DNA from: Gracilinanus agilis | Lineage: Eukaryota | DNA: 64,000 nucleotides | Direction: 5' to 3' | Assembly (NCBI RefSeq): GCF_016433145.1 | Contig: NC_058135.1 | Coordinates: forward strand, 124,710,817 to 124,774,816 | The notes under the pieces: model-generated | The model's database searches: none | Seen by the model: the letters and a program-made list of their open reading frames with translations, nothing else | What the model was told of the DNA's origin: nothing | In this document: piece after piece, positions 12,565 through 24,534 of the stretch | How positions within the stretch are numbered: the stretch's first letter is position 1 | How the letters are laid out: each line of letters begins with the position of its first letter | Program-made: the position numbers and the translations under genes

Positions 12565-13312
12565 TCCAAGAGTAAATTAAATTTTATTTCATTTACAGAG
12601 ATTTTTGGGGGTGGGGAGGACAAGTCCGTGTACAAATGAGATCCATGAGATACAGTGAAGCTTGCCATAAACCTACGTGTGCCCTGTGACGGGGAAGTGG
12701 TTAAGCAAGGCCTCCTCCCTCAGAGAAGGGCGCCCGGTGTGGGGTCAGGTCTGCAGATACCCTCTCTGCTTCCCGCTGGGTCCTACCCTGACGCAGCAGC
12801 ATGGTGGCAGCTCTCCCCTCTCAGCAAAAACAAGGAAGCGCCTGGTCTGGGAACCCTGCCTGGGGAGGCTGACAGCCCACGGCTTCTCAGGCGCTCCGGG
12901 AGGAAAGCGATTCTTCCGCACCTCAGCTTGGGGGGGTGGACGGCGGGTACCGAAAGCAAAGTCCCACCGAAGGGCTCCTCCCCTCGCCGCGTGAGGAAGG
13001 GTCCCTTAAAACAAGCAGCCAGAAGGCTTCGTGGGCAAAGAGGCTCATTCAGACCGTCATGCAATCGTTCTTCTCCCGTCCGGAAAATGACAATGTCCCA
13101 TTCTCGCCCCCTTCCCGCCCCATCATCCCACCCACTCACCCCCCGGCCCTGACCCGTGACTGCGTCCAGAGCAGGTGTCTGAATCCTTGTCTGACAGGTT
13201 CCCGCGTTCCTGGTCACAAGTGCATCTTCCTCCCACCCCCAAGTGGGGAAAAGCAACCCTAAGGAGAGTCCATGGATACCATGGACGGTGAGCGAATGTC
13301 CGCAGCCGGGAG
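12565..13312 (-). other. ARHGAP10: ARHGAP10 3'UTR
   Basis: Lies between the TAG (13313-13315) and a minus-strand AATAAA at 12583-12588; the end is approximate. Confidence 0.75.
12583..12588 (-). promoter_or_regulatory. ARHGAP10 polyadenylation signal
   Basis: tttatt on + = AATAAA on -; upstream UGUA (CFIm) motifs (tgtaca near 12630, tgtaaatg near 12591-12598) and a downstream U/GU-rich tract. Confidence 0.7.
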
Positions 13313-13401
13313 CTAAAGCAGCTTGACGTAGTTTTGTGGAATCAGTCCTCTCTTGCCGTTCAGAGTTCCTTCTAGCCAGCCAGGCTCCCTTGAAGTTTGG
13401 A
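13313..13401 (-). CDS. ARHGAP10: Rho GTPase-activating protein 10, terminal exon (second half of SH3)
   Basis: Acceptor ctcttccctcgcAG, then (G)TC CAA... = VQTSREPGWLEGTLNGKRGLIPQNYVKLL*, matching the ARHGAP10 C-terminus; 89 nt, phase 1. Confidence 0.98.
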
Positions 13402-13947
13402 CTGCGAGGGAAGAGAAAAAACAAAAGGAGCCTAAGATACTAATCCTGCTGCATATCCCATGGTGGAGGCTCATGGGATCAAAGCCTCCAAGAGAGAAGA
13501 GACCTTCCTGGGCCTTTCTTTAGTAAGTGTTTATTAAGTTCCTACTTATGGGTCAGGCGCTGGACTAAGGGCTAGGAGCGCCAGGAAAAAATCTAGTCCA
13601 AATGCCCTTATTTATTTTATAGACACAGTCTGAGGCCCAGAAACACTGAGTAACTCGCTCAGGGTCACACACGCAGGAAGTAGCAAAATCAGATTCAAAC
13701 ACGGCGCTTAATACATGCTACTTGACTTGACCTAAATGTGCTAACCTCAAATCATTTTCTATTTTTCTATTTTAAAAAAGACTTCCAGAAAATGCCATAA
13801 AATGGGAATTAGGGTCTGGCCTTTATCTTCTAAAGTTCCTTAAAGCCCAAGGTCTAGGGACAACAACAAGGGCACTTACTAAGCTGTGCAGAAGATAGAC
13901 TGGAAACCCCCTTATCCCACTATGTAGAAGTCAGTAGGCATTGATTA

Positions 13948-14168
13948 GGGCAATGAGGTGGTGCAGTAGGATAGAGCCCTGGGTCTGAAGTCAGAATGAT
14001 TCCTCTTCCTGAGTGAAAATCTGACCTCAGACACTTTACTAGCCGTGTGACCCTAGGCAAGTCATTTAACCCTGCTTGCCTCAGTATCTTCATTTGTAAA
14101 ATGAGCTTGAGAAGGTCAAGAAAACCCCTAACAAGGTCATCAAGAGTCAGATACAACTGAACAACCCC
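13948..14168 (+). mobile_element. MAR1-like SINE
   Basis: gggcaatgaggtggtgcagtagg head, CORE, aagaaaacccc...gatacaactgaacaac tail. Confidence 0.8.
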
Positions 14169-14509
14169 AAAGTCATTGCCCAAGCCTGAGGCCTCTGAAG
14201 GGTTCCAAGTTGAGTAGGTGTACACAACAAAGAGAAGACAATGGTCCTGAGAGGCCTGTGGGAAACGGGAGAAGCACAAATGCCATCCTGAACTTTGAAT
14301 GTGGGGGAGACAACAAAGTCTGCAAACTATAGGCTAATGAACACGACCTCCATTCCTGGGGAAATTCCAGATTCCATCAAGAAAGAGAAAAAGAAATGGC
14401 CTTAGAGAATGATGAGCCAACATGGCTTTGAGAAGAAGAAAAGATCTTGCCAGCATGGCCTTATTCCCTCCAGACAGGGTCACTTAGTTGGCAGATCAGA
14501 GATGCTGTG

Positions 14510-14815
14510 CCTTTCATTTAGAAATATTTTTAATTATTTTTTCAGTTAAAAACATTTATTTTCTGACCTTCCCCAAAAACTGGGGAACAAAAGAAAAACA
14601 AAAAATTACAACAAATATGCAATCAAGCAAAACAAATTCCAGTGTCCCAAAACGTATGTCTTGCTCTGCATCTGGAGTCTGTCACCTCTCTGTTAAGAGA
14701 CGGATGGCCAGCTTCATCAGTGGTCCTCTGGAAGCATGGCTGCTCATTGCAGAATCAGCTTCTCGAGTTTCTCTTAGACCTTTAGTTTTACAACATCTTT
14801 GCTAGAGTATAACAA
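14510..14815 (-). mobile_element. Old marsupial L1 3' fragment
   Basis: Homologous to the 55740-56250 fragment (aacaaat..gca..caagcaaaacaaattcc...). Confidence 0.5.
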
Positions 14816-14829
14816 AGCCCTCGATAAAG

Positions 14830-16130
14830 CACCTACTACAACTTCTTTGGAAAAGCTGGAGAAATGTGGAATGGATGATAATCCAGTTTGATGAATTGGG
14901 AACTGATAATCAGACGGGTAACCATCATTCCCGGGCCAATGTCAAGGTGACAAGAAGTCCCCATCGGAGGCCCTCCAAGATCTCTGCTTAGTCCTATGCT
15001 GCCCAACATCGTTATCAGTATTCTGGACAAAGGCACAGCACACTCCCCAACTTGGCAGATAACACAAAGGAGGGAGGGACAACTAACACACAGGATGGAA
15101 GATGTCAGAATGCCAACATGTGGTGGGCTAGAGCCCTGGGCTCACTCTAATAATATCAAATTCAAAAGCTATAAATATAAGGGGCTTATTTCCCAAAAAT
15201 CAACTTCGCATGGGTGCTGGGTATTGGAAGATCAGTGGTATCCCGGGGTGATGTCTTGACCTGCGAGTGAATTGGATTTAAGCGAGCCAGAGCTGGGCAA
15301 AGTCACCAGCCTCACTCTCTCTTCCAGAGTCATCCAAGTCCAGATATGTGGTGGGCAGAACATCATAATATGACTGAAAAATATCTGGGGACTTCAGTCT
15401 GAGTCAGTCAGCAGCCAAATAAGGCATGTATCATTTGGGGCTACATTCAGAGCTCAGGGCAGTCAGGCAGCTCAAGGGACAGAGAGCCAAACCTGGAGAC
15501 AGGAGTTCCTGAGTTCAAATCTGACCCCAGACATTTCTAATGTGCATGATGCTAGGCAAGTCACTGAACCCCAACCCCAACTGCCTAGTCTTTACCTTCT
15601 TCTGCCTTGGAACAATATTTAGAATCATTCATAAGACAGAAGGTCTAAGGGTTAAAATAAAGTGGGGGGCACAGCTCTGAGGACTAGGCAAAAAATTGCC
15701 CCACTGTATTCTGCCCACATCCAATTTTATCACATATTTTGAGGCATCACAGTTTGGGGCACCCCAATTTAAGAAACACATTGATATGACTGAAGATGAT
15801 CCAGAAAAACGTTAAAGGGCTGGGGAAAGACCCTGAATCTGTATGCTAGGAGGATCAAAAGACTTGAGATGTTTAGCTTCAAGAAATGAAGACTCTGGCC
15901 AAGGAGATCTGATGATGACAATCTTCAAGTGCCCCCTGGGCAGCCAGGAGTTGAGGGATGGATTTGAGGTGTTCTGTTTGGCCCTGGAGGTCAGATCCAC
16001 AAGCAGCGAGTGAAACTTGGGAAAAGACAAGACAAAGCTTAAGACAAGAAGCAAATCCTAACCACGTAGGCTCAGATGGCCTTGCCATCTCAAGGACCTT
16101 CGCCATCTGGAGTGCCCTCCTCTGGGCAAT
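14830..16130 (+). mobile_element. L3/CR1 LINE RT and 3' region, interrupted by SINEs
   Basis: Translation LSPMLPNIVISILDKG...LADNTK resembles CR1 RT (LGPVLFNIFINDLD..G...FADDTK); CR1 3' motifs cagtttggggcacc and gatgtttagc follow. Confidence 0.75.
15457..15660 (+). mobile_element. Older SINE1-related SINE
   Basis: gggcagtcaggcagctc head, gagttcaaatctg B-box, cttctgccttggaac...aagacagaagg tail. Confidence 0.8.
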
Positions 16131-18065
16131 GCCCAGCTTAGGGTACTGCCTCAGGTACTGTGGTGCCCAGAACTGGACCATGATCCCTCAGATGCTATTC
16201 CACCAGGACACAGGACAGTGGAATTATCACTTCCTTAATTCTGGACACTCAGTCTCACTTAATGCATCCTTAGATTGCAAGAAGTTTTGCTGCCAGGGGG
16301 AGATAACCCAGAGCTGAATTTAATCATGGGGTCTGGGGAAAATCACTGAATTCCTCTAGGTCTCAATTTCCTCATCTAGAAAACGAGGGAGTTGGACCAG
16401 ATGACCTCTAAAGCCCCTTTCCAGCTCTAATTTGTAAAGCACTTTTGAATTTTATTAGCCTCACAGCTTCCCAAGACATCCCAGATCATTTTTTCTCCCC
16501 AGACTAAATGTTAGATTTTTCTGACCAAACAGCCCCCCATCTTGGACCTGTAAATTTAATTTTTTGGAACATAAATGGAATATTGTACATTTCTTCCTAT
16601 TTAAATTCAACGTATTAAAACTCAGCCCTAGCCTTTTTTCAAGGCTGATTCACGTCCAGCAGGCCAGAGACGCCAGGTCAGCAGTTGGAACCGAGGACCG
16701 CTTCTCTGTAAACACAAAATGTGCCTTTTCCCTCTGACAAAAATAACTTCCTTGGTTGCTGTCATTTCCTAGCCTTTCCCCAGACTTCCCTCTTAGGACC
16801 TAATTCTCTACCGATTTCTAACTCATAAATCCGTAAGAAAATCAAATTGAGTGTCCAAAGGCTCAGATTCAAACCCAGCTCTGCTTCTTCACACTTGTAA
16901 GACCTGGAGCAAGTCACGGCCCTGGAACTTGGTTTTCTCCACCGGAAATGAGGGCTTTGGATTAGAATCTAGTCACTCAGCAACCTCCAATGACATACTG
17001 TGTGACCCTTTGTAAGCACTTGACCTCTCAATGCCTCCAAGGCAAATCTCTAAGATTTTAGTTGCAGAGCAAGTGCCAATTTGCATGGGCAAAAGAAAGG
17101 CAATGGGCATTCACTAAGTGCCTACTATAAGCCTGATTTTCTTCAACTGAAATATAATTTCATTTGATCTTCATAGCAACTCTGGGTGATAGGGGGTATT
17201 ATGATCCCCATTTTGATCTCCTCATGACCCCAGCTGAGGTTTTTCTAGGCAGAGAGACTGGAGGGGTTTGCCATTTCCTTTTCCAGCTCATTTTACAGAT
17301 AAAGAAACCAAGGCAAAAAGAGTTAAGTGACTTGCCCAAGATCACAATCTAAGTGTCTGAGGCTGGATTTGAATTTGGATCCTCCCGACTCCACGTCCAG
17401 TGCTCTATCCACTGGGTTACCTGCCTGCTCAATCCACATTTTACATGTGAGGAAACTCTGGCAAATGGAAGTTAAATGACTTGCCTGGGATCACACAAAT
17501 AGTAAATGACTGAGGCTAGATTTGAAGCCAAGTCTTCCAGGTCCAGCACTCTGTCCACTAGATAGCTTTCTCTAACTCCTAAAAGTAGTTTCTTGATCAA
17601 GAGTTCAACTAACTTGTGAGAAAACTTTCTATCTATACAGAAACGAGCTATCATCTACTCCACAGACGGACAATCCATCCCAAAATACAAACTAAAAAGC
17701 GCTTAGGTGGTGTAGTGGGTAAAGCATTAGGCTCAGGAGTTAGGAAGACCCAAGTTCAAATCCTGCCCCAAATATTCACTAGCTATATGACAATGGGCAC
17801 ATCAGTTCAACCGCTTTGTGCCTCAGTTTCCCCATCTGTCAAATAATGGGGATGGATCTCAATGACCTCTGAGATGACTTTCAGCTTCAAATCTTTGATC
17901 TCCTGACCTCTATTTTCATTCATCACTCAACAAACACTGGACTGACAGAAGCATGTGTGATCAACAGGTCTTAAGCACAGCCATCTAAATGGTGCTGCCA
18001 CTGACATCTAAATAATCCCCCAGATAACACTGACTGCTCTCAACAGCTGTGGCATGTATGCATTT

Positions 18066-18437
18066 TCTGTCTGTCTGTCTCTCCTCCCTCTTCCTCTCTC
18101 TCTCTCCCCGTCTCTTTTTCTCTCCCTCTCTCTTTCTCTCCCTCTTTCCCTCCCTCCATCTGTCTCTGTCTCTCCCTCCTTTTGTCTCTGTCTGTCTCTC
18201 CCCGCCCTCTCCTCCTCCCTCCTTCCCTCCCTGTTGCTGTGTGTCTTTTTCTCCCCCTCTCTGTCCCCACTTCTCTCCCTCCCTCCGTCCGTCTCTGTCT
18301 CTCCCTCCGTCTGTCTCTGTCTCTCCCTCCCTTTGTCTGTCTGTCCCTCTTCTCTCTCTCCCCCTGTCTGTCTCTCCCTCCCTCCATCCGTCCATCCATC
18401 TCTGTCTCTCCCTCCCTTTGTCTCTGTCTCCCTCCTC
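18066..18437. repeat. Complex CT-rich (polypyrimidine) microsatellite
   Basis: Units such as tctgtctctgtctctccctcc; explains the stacked low-complexity ORFs at 17985-18604. Confidence 0.95.
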
Positions 18438-20898
18438 AGACCAAGCTGCCTGCTATGTTTCCACAAGGAATGACTCCTACCCAAAGTGCCTCTCACACCT
18501 AGCATCCCTGTTGCCACAGTAACTACTGAATGTCTATAACCTGAGTACTGGGAACTTTTTTTAAGGATGCGCTCTGGACCAGAAGAGACACCTTGTGAAT
18601 ACATCTGTGCAGGAATATCAGATCAGATACTCCCATAAAAATGGGGGCTCTCCATTGGTAGGCAAAGCCCCGGATGGGCAATTACCTATTTCTATTGTTG
18701 GATTCTTTGGCCCAACTTGTGTGAAACGTGTAATTTAGGATGATGGGAAATCACCTTGCAGCCAGATTTCTTTACATGGGGTACTTTTTGTGGATAAATC
18801 AGTATAAAGAAAATCTACAGCATTAGAGGGAGGAGGGGCGTGGGAATCCTGAGACACAGTGTGGTTTAGTGGACAGAGTGTCCCCTTTACAAATCCTGTC
18901 TCTGTGACCAGGGCAAAATCACTTAACATTCCTGAGCCTCAGGCTACGCTGTAAGACTATGTAAGAGGAAGGGGCAGCAACGTGGCTCAGTGAATAGAGA
19001 GCCAGGCCCTGGGTCAGGAGGAAATGAGTTCAAATCTAGTTTCAGAAAATGGTCAAGTCGTTTCACCCCAATTTCAGCCTTCATGGCTCTTCTGCTTTCG
19101 AATCAATTCTTAGTAACAATTCTAAGACAGGAGATAAAGGTTTGTTCTTTTGTTTAAAAGGGCTATCAAATACAGGAAAATTGTGTCTCTGTTGTCAAAG
19201 GGAATCCTCAACCCTTGGAGTTCCCAAAAAGGATCATATGTAAGACTACAGAGAAAGAAAAATGAGGCAGGCAAAGCAGTGGGACTTCCAAATACCTGTA
19301 GACACCGAGTTTCTTGACATCATGCCAACGCAGCTAAAGAAAAAAGCACCCAAATCTATGGAGAACATTTCCTCTTATCTGAGACCCTGAATGAAGACTG
19401 TCATCCCCCAAAGCCATGACAGGAGAGCAGAGTGATGGTTTTAGCTGCAGCACTGAAGCGGATGGCGTCTTGGTGCGTGAGATGGGGGGGGGGGGTGGGC
19501 TTCTCAAAGGCTCTTCCAACAGAGGAGGCAAGCTTGGCGGGTCCTCCAACGTGTCAAAGATGGGCCTGGCAACTAACTATAAATTGGTCAAAGACAAAAC
19601 AGGCTAAGACCCGGAAGTAGAGCAAATGACTTGCCACCTCAGGTGATCTCTTTTTTTGGCCACATTTCCTGGAAAGCTGACCAAGAGGGTCTTGCCCAGG
19701 CTCCAAGAGGGGCCCCATACAAATGAAATCATAGATATCTGAACTCCTGAGCCAGGTTTCCTGGGAGGAATCCAGGCAAGAGGACCAATTGAATAAAATT
19801 GCTGCTTCCAATTCAATAAAAATGGATTAAGTGCCTGGTCTGAATCCCTGAAAAAGCAACTGTGTGGATGAAAAAAGAGAAGATGGCCAGCCTAGGAAGT
19901 GAGGCCACAGTACGGAGAACTGAGACAGACCACTGCAGATGGCCGCTGAGTTGGGCTCAGAATGTAATAGGAAGAAGTTAGGAAGATGATAGCTGGAAAA
20001 TGGTCATGCTCTCCCCAATCCCAAGTGGGGGAAAGTGAGGAGAAGCACGTCGGGTTTGACATGGAATGGAGAGGCTTCAAAAGGTTACTGTTATCATCAC
20101 GAGGGCTCTTATCTTAAGGGTTATCATTACTTTTATGATTATATTTAATAATTAATTATGCAAACTTATAATAATATAACACATTTAATGTGTTATTATC
20201 ACATATAACTATAGGAGATGACAAATTATTATCATAACTATTAAGAATTTGTCATCTCATAATTAAAGAAGGTAGGCCTGGCATGTTACCTAGAAAAAGG
20301 GAAAACAGTGTGAGACCAGCCCTCGCATCCACAGAAGAAACCTACAGAATTCCCAGCTCCATTAGGTTAATCCTCTGCCAAAGTCTAGAGGTGAGCCTGG
20401 ACAAGAAGCGACGGGAATGGGTTGCAATCTGTACCAAGGGAGGGAGTATCCACACTGAGAAGAACACAGTCCCATGGATATATGTGTAGAGAAGCTGAGG
20501 CCGGCCCTGACCCCTACATGAGCCAGCATGGGTGCTGGTTTTGAGCCCTCCAATGGTCCCCAAAAGGGAGTTACTAAGACCCAGGGCAGATGTGATTTTA
20601 GCTCCAGGCCTACTCTGAGGAGCCAACTTCCCAGGAAGTCAAGATATGAGTCCCAAGGTAGGAGCCCGGGTGCCATGATCCCCAACCCACCATGCATTCC
20701 ATTGCGCCATACTGCCTGTCAGGCTGGCTTCCACTGTGGCCCCACTAGCAGGGGCTAGGCAGGTCCCTCTATTCCCTGGAGCCTCGGTACAATGACTGGG
20801 CCAGCCTCCATGACCTCTACGATCCCATGCCCGAGTTCCCTACCTGGTGGAGCCAACAAGAATGGAACCCCCAAGGAGCTGCTCCCATCCACACTTAC

Positions 20899-20990
20899 CA
20901 TCTTCGAAAACGGCTCCTATTTCAAAAGACAGCTCCGAGCTGTGCTCAGCCTCGCAGGGATAGACGGCCCGGGCCTTCCGACTCACGACG
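20899..20990 (-). CDS. ARHGAP10: ARHGAP10 penultimate exon (first half of SH3)
   Basis: ttttcAG|C GTC GTG AGT CGG AAG...GAA GAT G|GTAAGT; encodes VVSRKARAVYPCEAEHSSELSFEIGAVFED; 92 nt, phases 2/1, fits both neighbouring exons. Confidence 0.98.
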
Positions 20991-21711
20991 CTGAAAAGGA
21001 AGCATTGGGAGAGATGCAGAGGGGTCAGAGGAGGAGGCCCAGGGAGCAGAGCTCTCCTCCGCCTGCCCAGCCACCCTTCAGCAGGCATCTCCCGCTCCCC
21101 GAGATCCTCCCAGACAAAAAGGACAGAGAAGGGAGCGAACATCAGGAGAAGCCACGGTGTCTGATTCTCAAGTCAATGACGGGTTTCAAATCCGAGCCTT
21201 CACCTCGGGGAGCTCTTGCTAAGCCTCTTCCCTCCCTCTCTTCTTGCCTCGCCGGCTGCCAGCGGGCTGCCCTCCCCCTATCATCCCACACTGTAAAAGC
21301 CACAGGGGAGACCTCCTTCTAAAGCATTTCAGCTTCTCTATTAAGGAAAGTGCCATATCTGCAGACAGAAGGCGGCAGCACAAGGGAGGGGGCAGGCACA
21401 GGAGAGATGCGGGGATGCGCTTCGGGCTCCCGGGGAGCAATCGCTACTGCGGAGGCCCTGGAGATGGAAATCGACTCCCCAAAGCCAGGATGAAGGGCCT
21501 CCCGCAGCGCCGGGGTCTGCCTCGGAGGAGCATCTGACGAAGCGTCCTGGGAGAGCTCTGGGGAAAGGGCATCCGGGGAAGGGCTCAAGGCTGGGGCCCC
21601 AGCTACAGGGGCCAGAAGCAGAGCACAGGGGGAACAGGAATGGGAGAGGGCGGTCCTGCTCTTGTCCCTCTACAGGGCTCAAGTTTACCTTCTTAGAAAA
21701 TCAAAAGGCAG

Positions 21712-21906
21712 AGGGCAGCTGGGTAGCTCAATGGATTGAGAGCCAGGCCTAGAGACAGGAGGTCCTAGGTTCAAATCTGGCCTCAGACACTTCCCAAGTG
21801 TGTGACCCTGGGCAAGTCACTTGCCCCCCATTGCCCACCCTTACCATCTTCCACCAAGAGCCAATACACAGAAATTAAGGGCTTAAAAAAAATAAAGAAA
21901 GAAAAA
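21712..21906 (+). mobile_element. SINE1_Mdo-like SINE
   Basis: Full head, CORE and tail; 17-bp TSD agaaaat(c/g)aaaa(g/a)gcag at 21695-21711 and 21907-21923. Confidence 0.9.
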
Positions 21907-21951
21907 AGAAAATGAAAAAGCAGCCTGCTTCTATTAGAAAAAGAGAGTTCT

Positions 21952-22140
21952 ACCACACCAATGCAACTACCAACAATTTGGAAATTGGTCTTGATCAAGG
22001 ACACATGATAAAACTAGTGGAAATGTGCATCGGCCATGGGTGGGGGGAGTGCGGGGGGCGAAGGGGAAAGGAGGAGCATGAATCATGTAACCATGTTAAA
22101 AATGAATATTAATAAATGTTTGAAAAAAAAAGAAAAAAAA
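21952..22140 (+). mobile_element. 5'-truncated L1 3' end
   Basis: ggtcttgatcaa...G-rich...catgaatcatgtaaccatg, poly(A) tail; perfect 15-bp TSD gaaaaagagagttct at 21937-21951 and 22141-22155. Confidence 0.9.
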
Positions 22141-23023
22141 GAAAAAGAGAGTTCTCCCTCTTCCTTTGGGGAGGCTGTGGGACTCGGGACCTGTCCCTGA
22201 CAGCAAGGTGGCACCGTGGATAGAGTGCTGGGCATGGAGCCCGGAGCCCTGGCACTCACATCCAGCCTTCCTGGCCACGGGCCTGTCACTTCACATCTGT
22301 CCTGCCTTGGCTTTCCTGAACTATAAAAAAGGGATAATACCTCCTTCTAAGGGCTGTGGTGAGACCCCAGTAAAGCACTCAAGATGGTGCCTGGCACACA
22401 GTAGGTGCTCTACAAATGGCTTGTTGTTGTTTTTGTCCCCTCTCATGCTCCCTCCATCCCCCATCTATGTTCTCAAGCTTATCAGCCTGGCGTGCAAGAA
22501 GGTTATTCTAAAAAAACTTCCTCTTGGAGAATTAGAAGTAGCAAACAATTCAGGAGATACTAAAACATCTTGGAGAAGCTTGGAAACGCAGGATTAGGCA
22601 AGCACCCCGAGGATACTCCCTTCTGAGGCAGATTCGCTCGAGGATAAGGGTTCCTGGGTGGGTCCTAATGGCAAAAATACTAAAAGGTGATCCTGGGCTC
22701 CCGCTTTGTGATAGGAGGCAGCAAAGAGAGCCCCTGAATCACCCTGAGCCAGGAGGAATAAAGCGCGAGGCTTACAGCTGTTTGCACCTATAAAGAGTCT
22801 GAGGCCCAAGTCCAATACGTAGGAGCTGTGCAGCCCTGGTCAAGACACCTAACTGGACTTCTGTTCCCTAATGTGTAAAAGAGAGCCATCTCCATGCTGC
22901 TACAGACCTTCCGAGTGGACGGGGAGGAAATCACTTTGAGGAAAGGGTCTAACCGGCCACATTCACTCATTTCTGCCCTCTGTACCCACATGGATAAAGA
23001 TATGCCCAAGCTGATCGACCTAC

Positions 23024-23176
23024 CTTTCGGTGGGCTTGTCAGAGACCGCAGCAGAAGTAGAGAGGGGGAAAGATGATGCCATGGGTGACAGAGGGATGGC
23101 ATCTGTGTTGGCACTTGGGGTCGTAGGAGACTGCGGGTTTAGCCACTGGACCATGGGAGGGCGGGCCTGACTGGGG
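23024..23176 (-). CDS. ARHGAP10: ARHGAP10 exon (Ser/Pro-rich linker)
   Basis: ccttttgcttttAG|C CCC AGT...GAA AG|GTAGGT; encodes PSQARPPMVQWLNPQSPTTPSANTDAIPLSPMASSFPLSTSAAVSDKPTE, aligning with human PGQTRSSMVQWLNPQSPTT...DKPPES; 153 nt, phases 2/2. Confidence 0.96.
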
Positions 23177-23984
23177 CTAAAAGCAAAAGGGTGAAAGGCA
23201 CGATTAACAGAATGTTAGACAGGCAAAGATACAAACTCACTAAATGAGAGGTGATTAGAGGAGGACACAGTGGTCTTCCTGCCCCAATGATCCTTCTCTG
23301 AGATATGACACTAAAGAACCAGATACCCTTCATGCCAGTGACATCAGTGGAAGACTACATAAATGGGAACTTCTGTGGGTTAAGCTCAAGAGGACTGAGT
23401 TCCAGGAACGGTTTAAAGAAATAGAATCCCAAGAATCTAATGGGTAGTTCCCTGGGAAGGGAGAAGGAAGGGATACAGAGGGAGATTTAGGTGAAGTAAA
23501 AACAAAAGATATGAATTAAAACAATTTAAGTATCTGAACTTCCTCAAGTGTGCAGATAAATAATTTACAAGAATTTCAGAGGCTGCTCTGCCCACACCAG
23601 GCCCTCTTATCTACCCCAAGGCTTAGCCCTTTTAACTTTCAAAACCATTTCCCCTCTATTTTCCTCATTTGGTCTCCTACTTCTGATGATCCAGGCATTT
23701 AGATCATTTAGAAAAGTACAACAATTAGCACTTCCCTAGAAAGAGCCCACAGTAAAACCATCCCAAGGAGGAGCAGAGTAAACACCAGAAACTATCAGAG
23801 CAACTAAATACTCACTAGAATGTTCTATTTTTAAAAGACATCATTTTGACCATTCTAAGGAAACCAATCAATGCACACCAGTCATTCAATAATTAATTAC
23901 CAAGTGGAAATACATTTTTTTCTTAAACTACCACCAACTGGTCACTCTCTTTAAAATTATAATCTACTCTGCTGGTATGAAAAG

Positions 23985-24470
23985 ACCCCAAACTTGTCCT
24001 TTTCTTCTCACATCAAACCAAAATCAACAGGGTAACAATCAAACTCATCACCTTCCCATCAAAATCATCTTCCTCTCCTCCCAATACCCATTTGCCTATT
24101 TTAGTCAGTGAAAAAAATAACATTTTTCCAGACTCAAAACTCTAGAGTCATTTTGATTCCTTTCCCATCATCCTTAAGTCCAGTCTGTTCTTAAGTTCTC
24201 TTATGCTTTCTTCCCAATGCTTTCTCACCTTTGCCACTTTCCCTACTTTCCCACTCTCATCAGGACATTCACTCCATGTCTCCTAAAGGAGTCTGCCCAT
24301 TTCCTAGATGCCATTATATTCAGCCTATCTCATCCGGACAGCTCTTCCTAAAACATAGCTTCCACCAGCTTAATCCTCTCCTAAAGAACCATGGCTTTGC
24401 ATGTCTACCAAGTCAGTCTACATTCCTCATTATTCAGGTTTTCAAAGTTCTCCATAATTGAGCCAATCAA
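23985..24470 (+). mobile_element. L2 LINE fragment
   Basis: aaactcatcaccttccc...aaaactctagagtcattttgattcc, typical L2 RT C-terminal and 3' sequence. Confidence 0.65.
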
Positions 24471-24534
24471 TTAATCAGGCAGTGTTGAAGCTCTGACTAT
24501 GTTCCTTGTTTTCTCATCAGTAAAATGAGGATAC

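Noticed and set aside
16140-16200. Inverted copy of an L3 segment also present at about 15730
   Set aside because: Short and highly diverged; most simply a separate L3 fragment.
17985-18604. Stacked 100-198 aa ORFs on both strands
   Set aside because: Translations of the CT-rich microsatellite; the same applies to the ORFs at 33067-33946, 38486-38794, 42140-42466 and 53143-53634.
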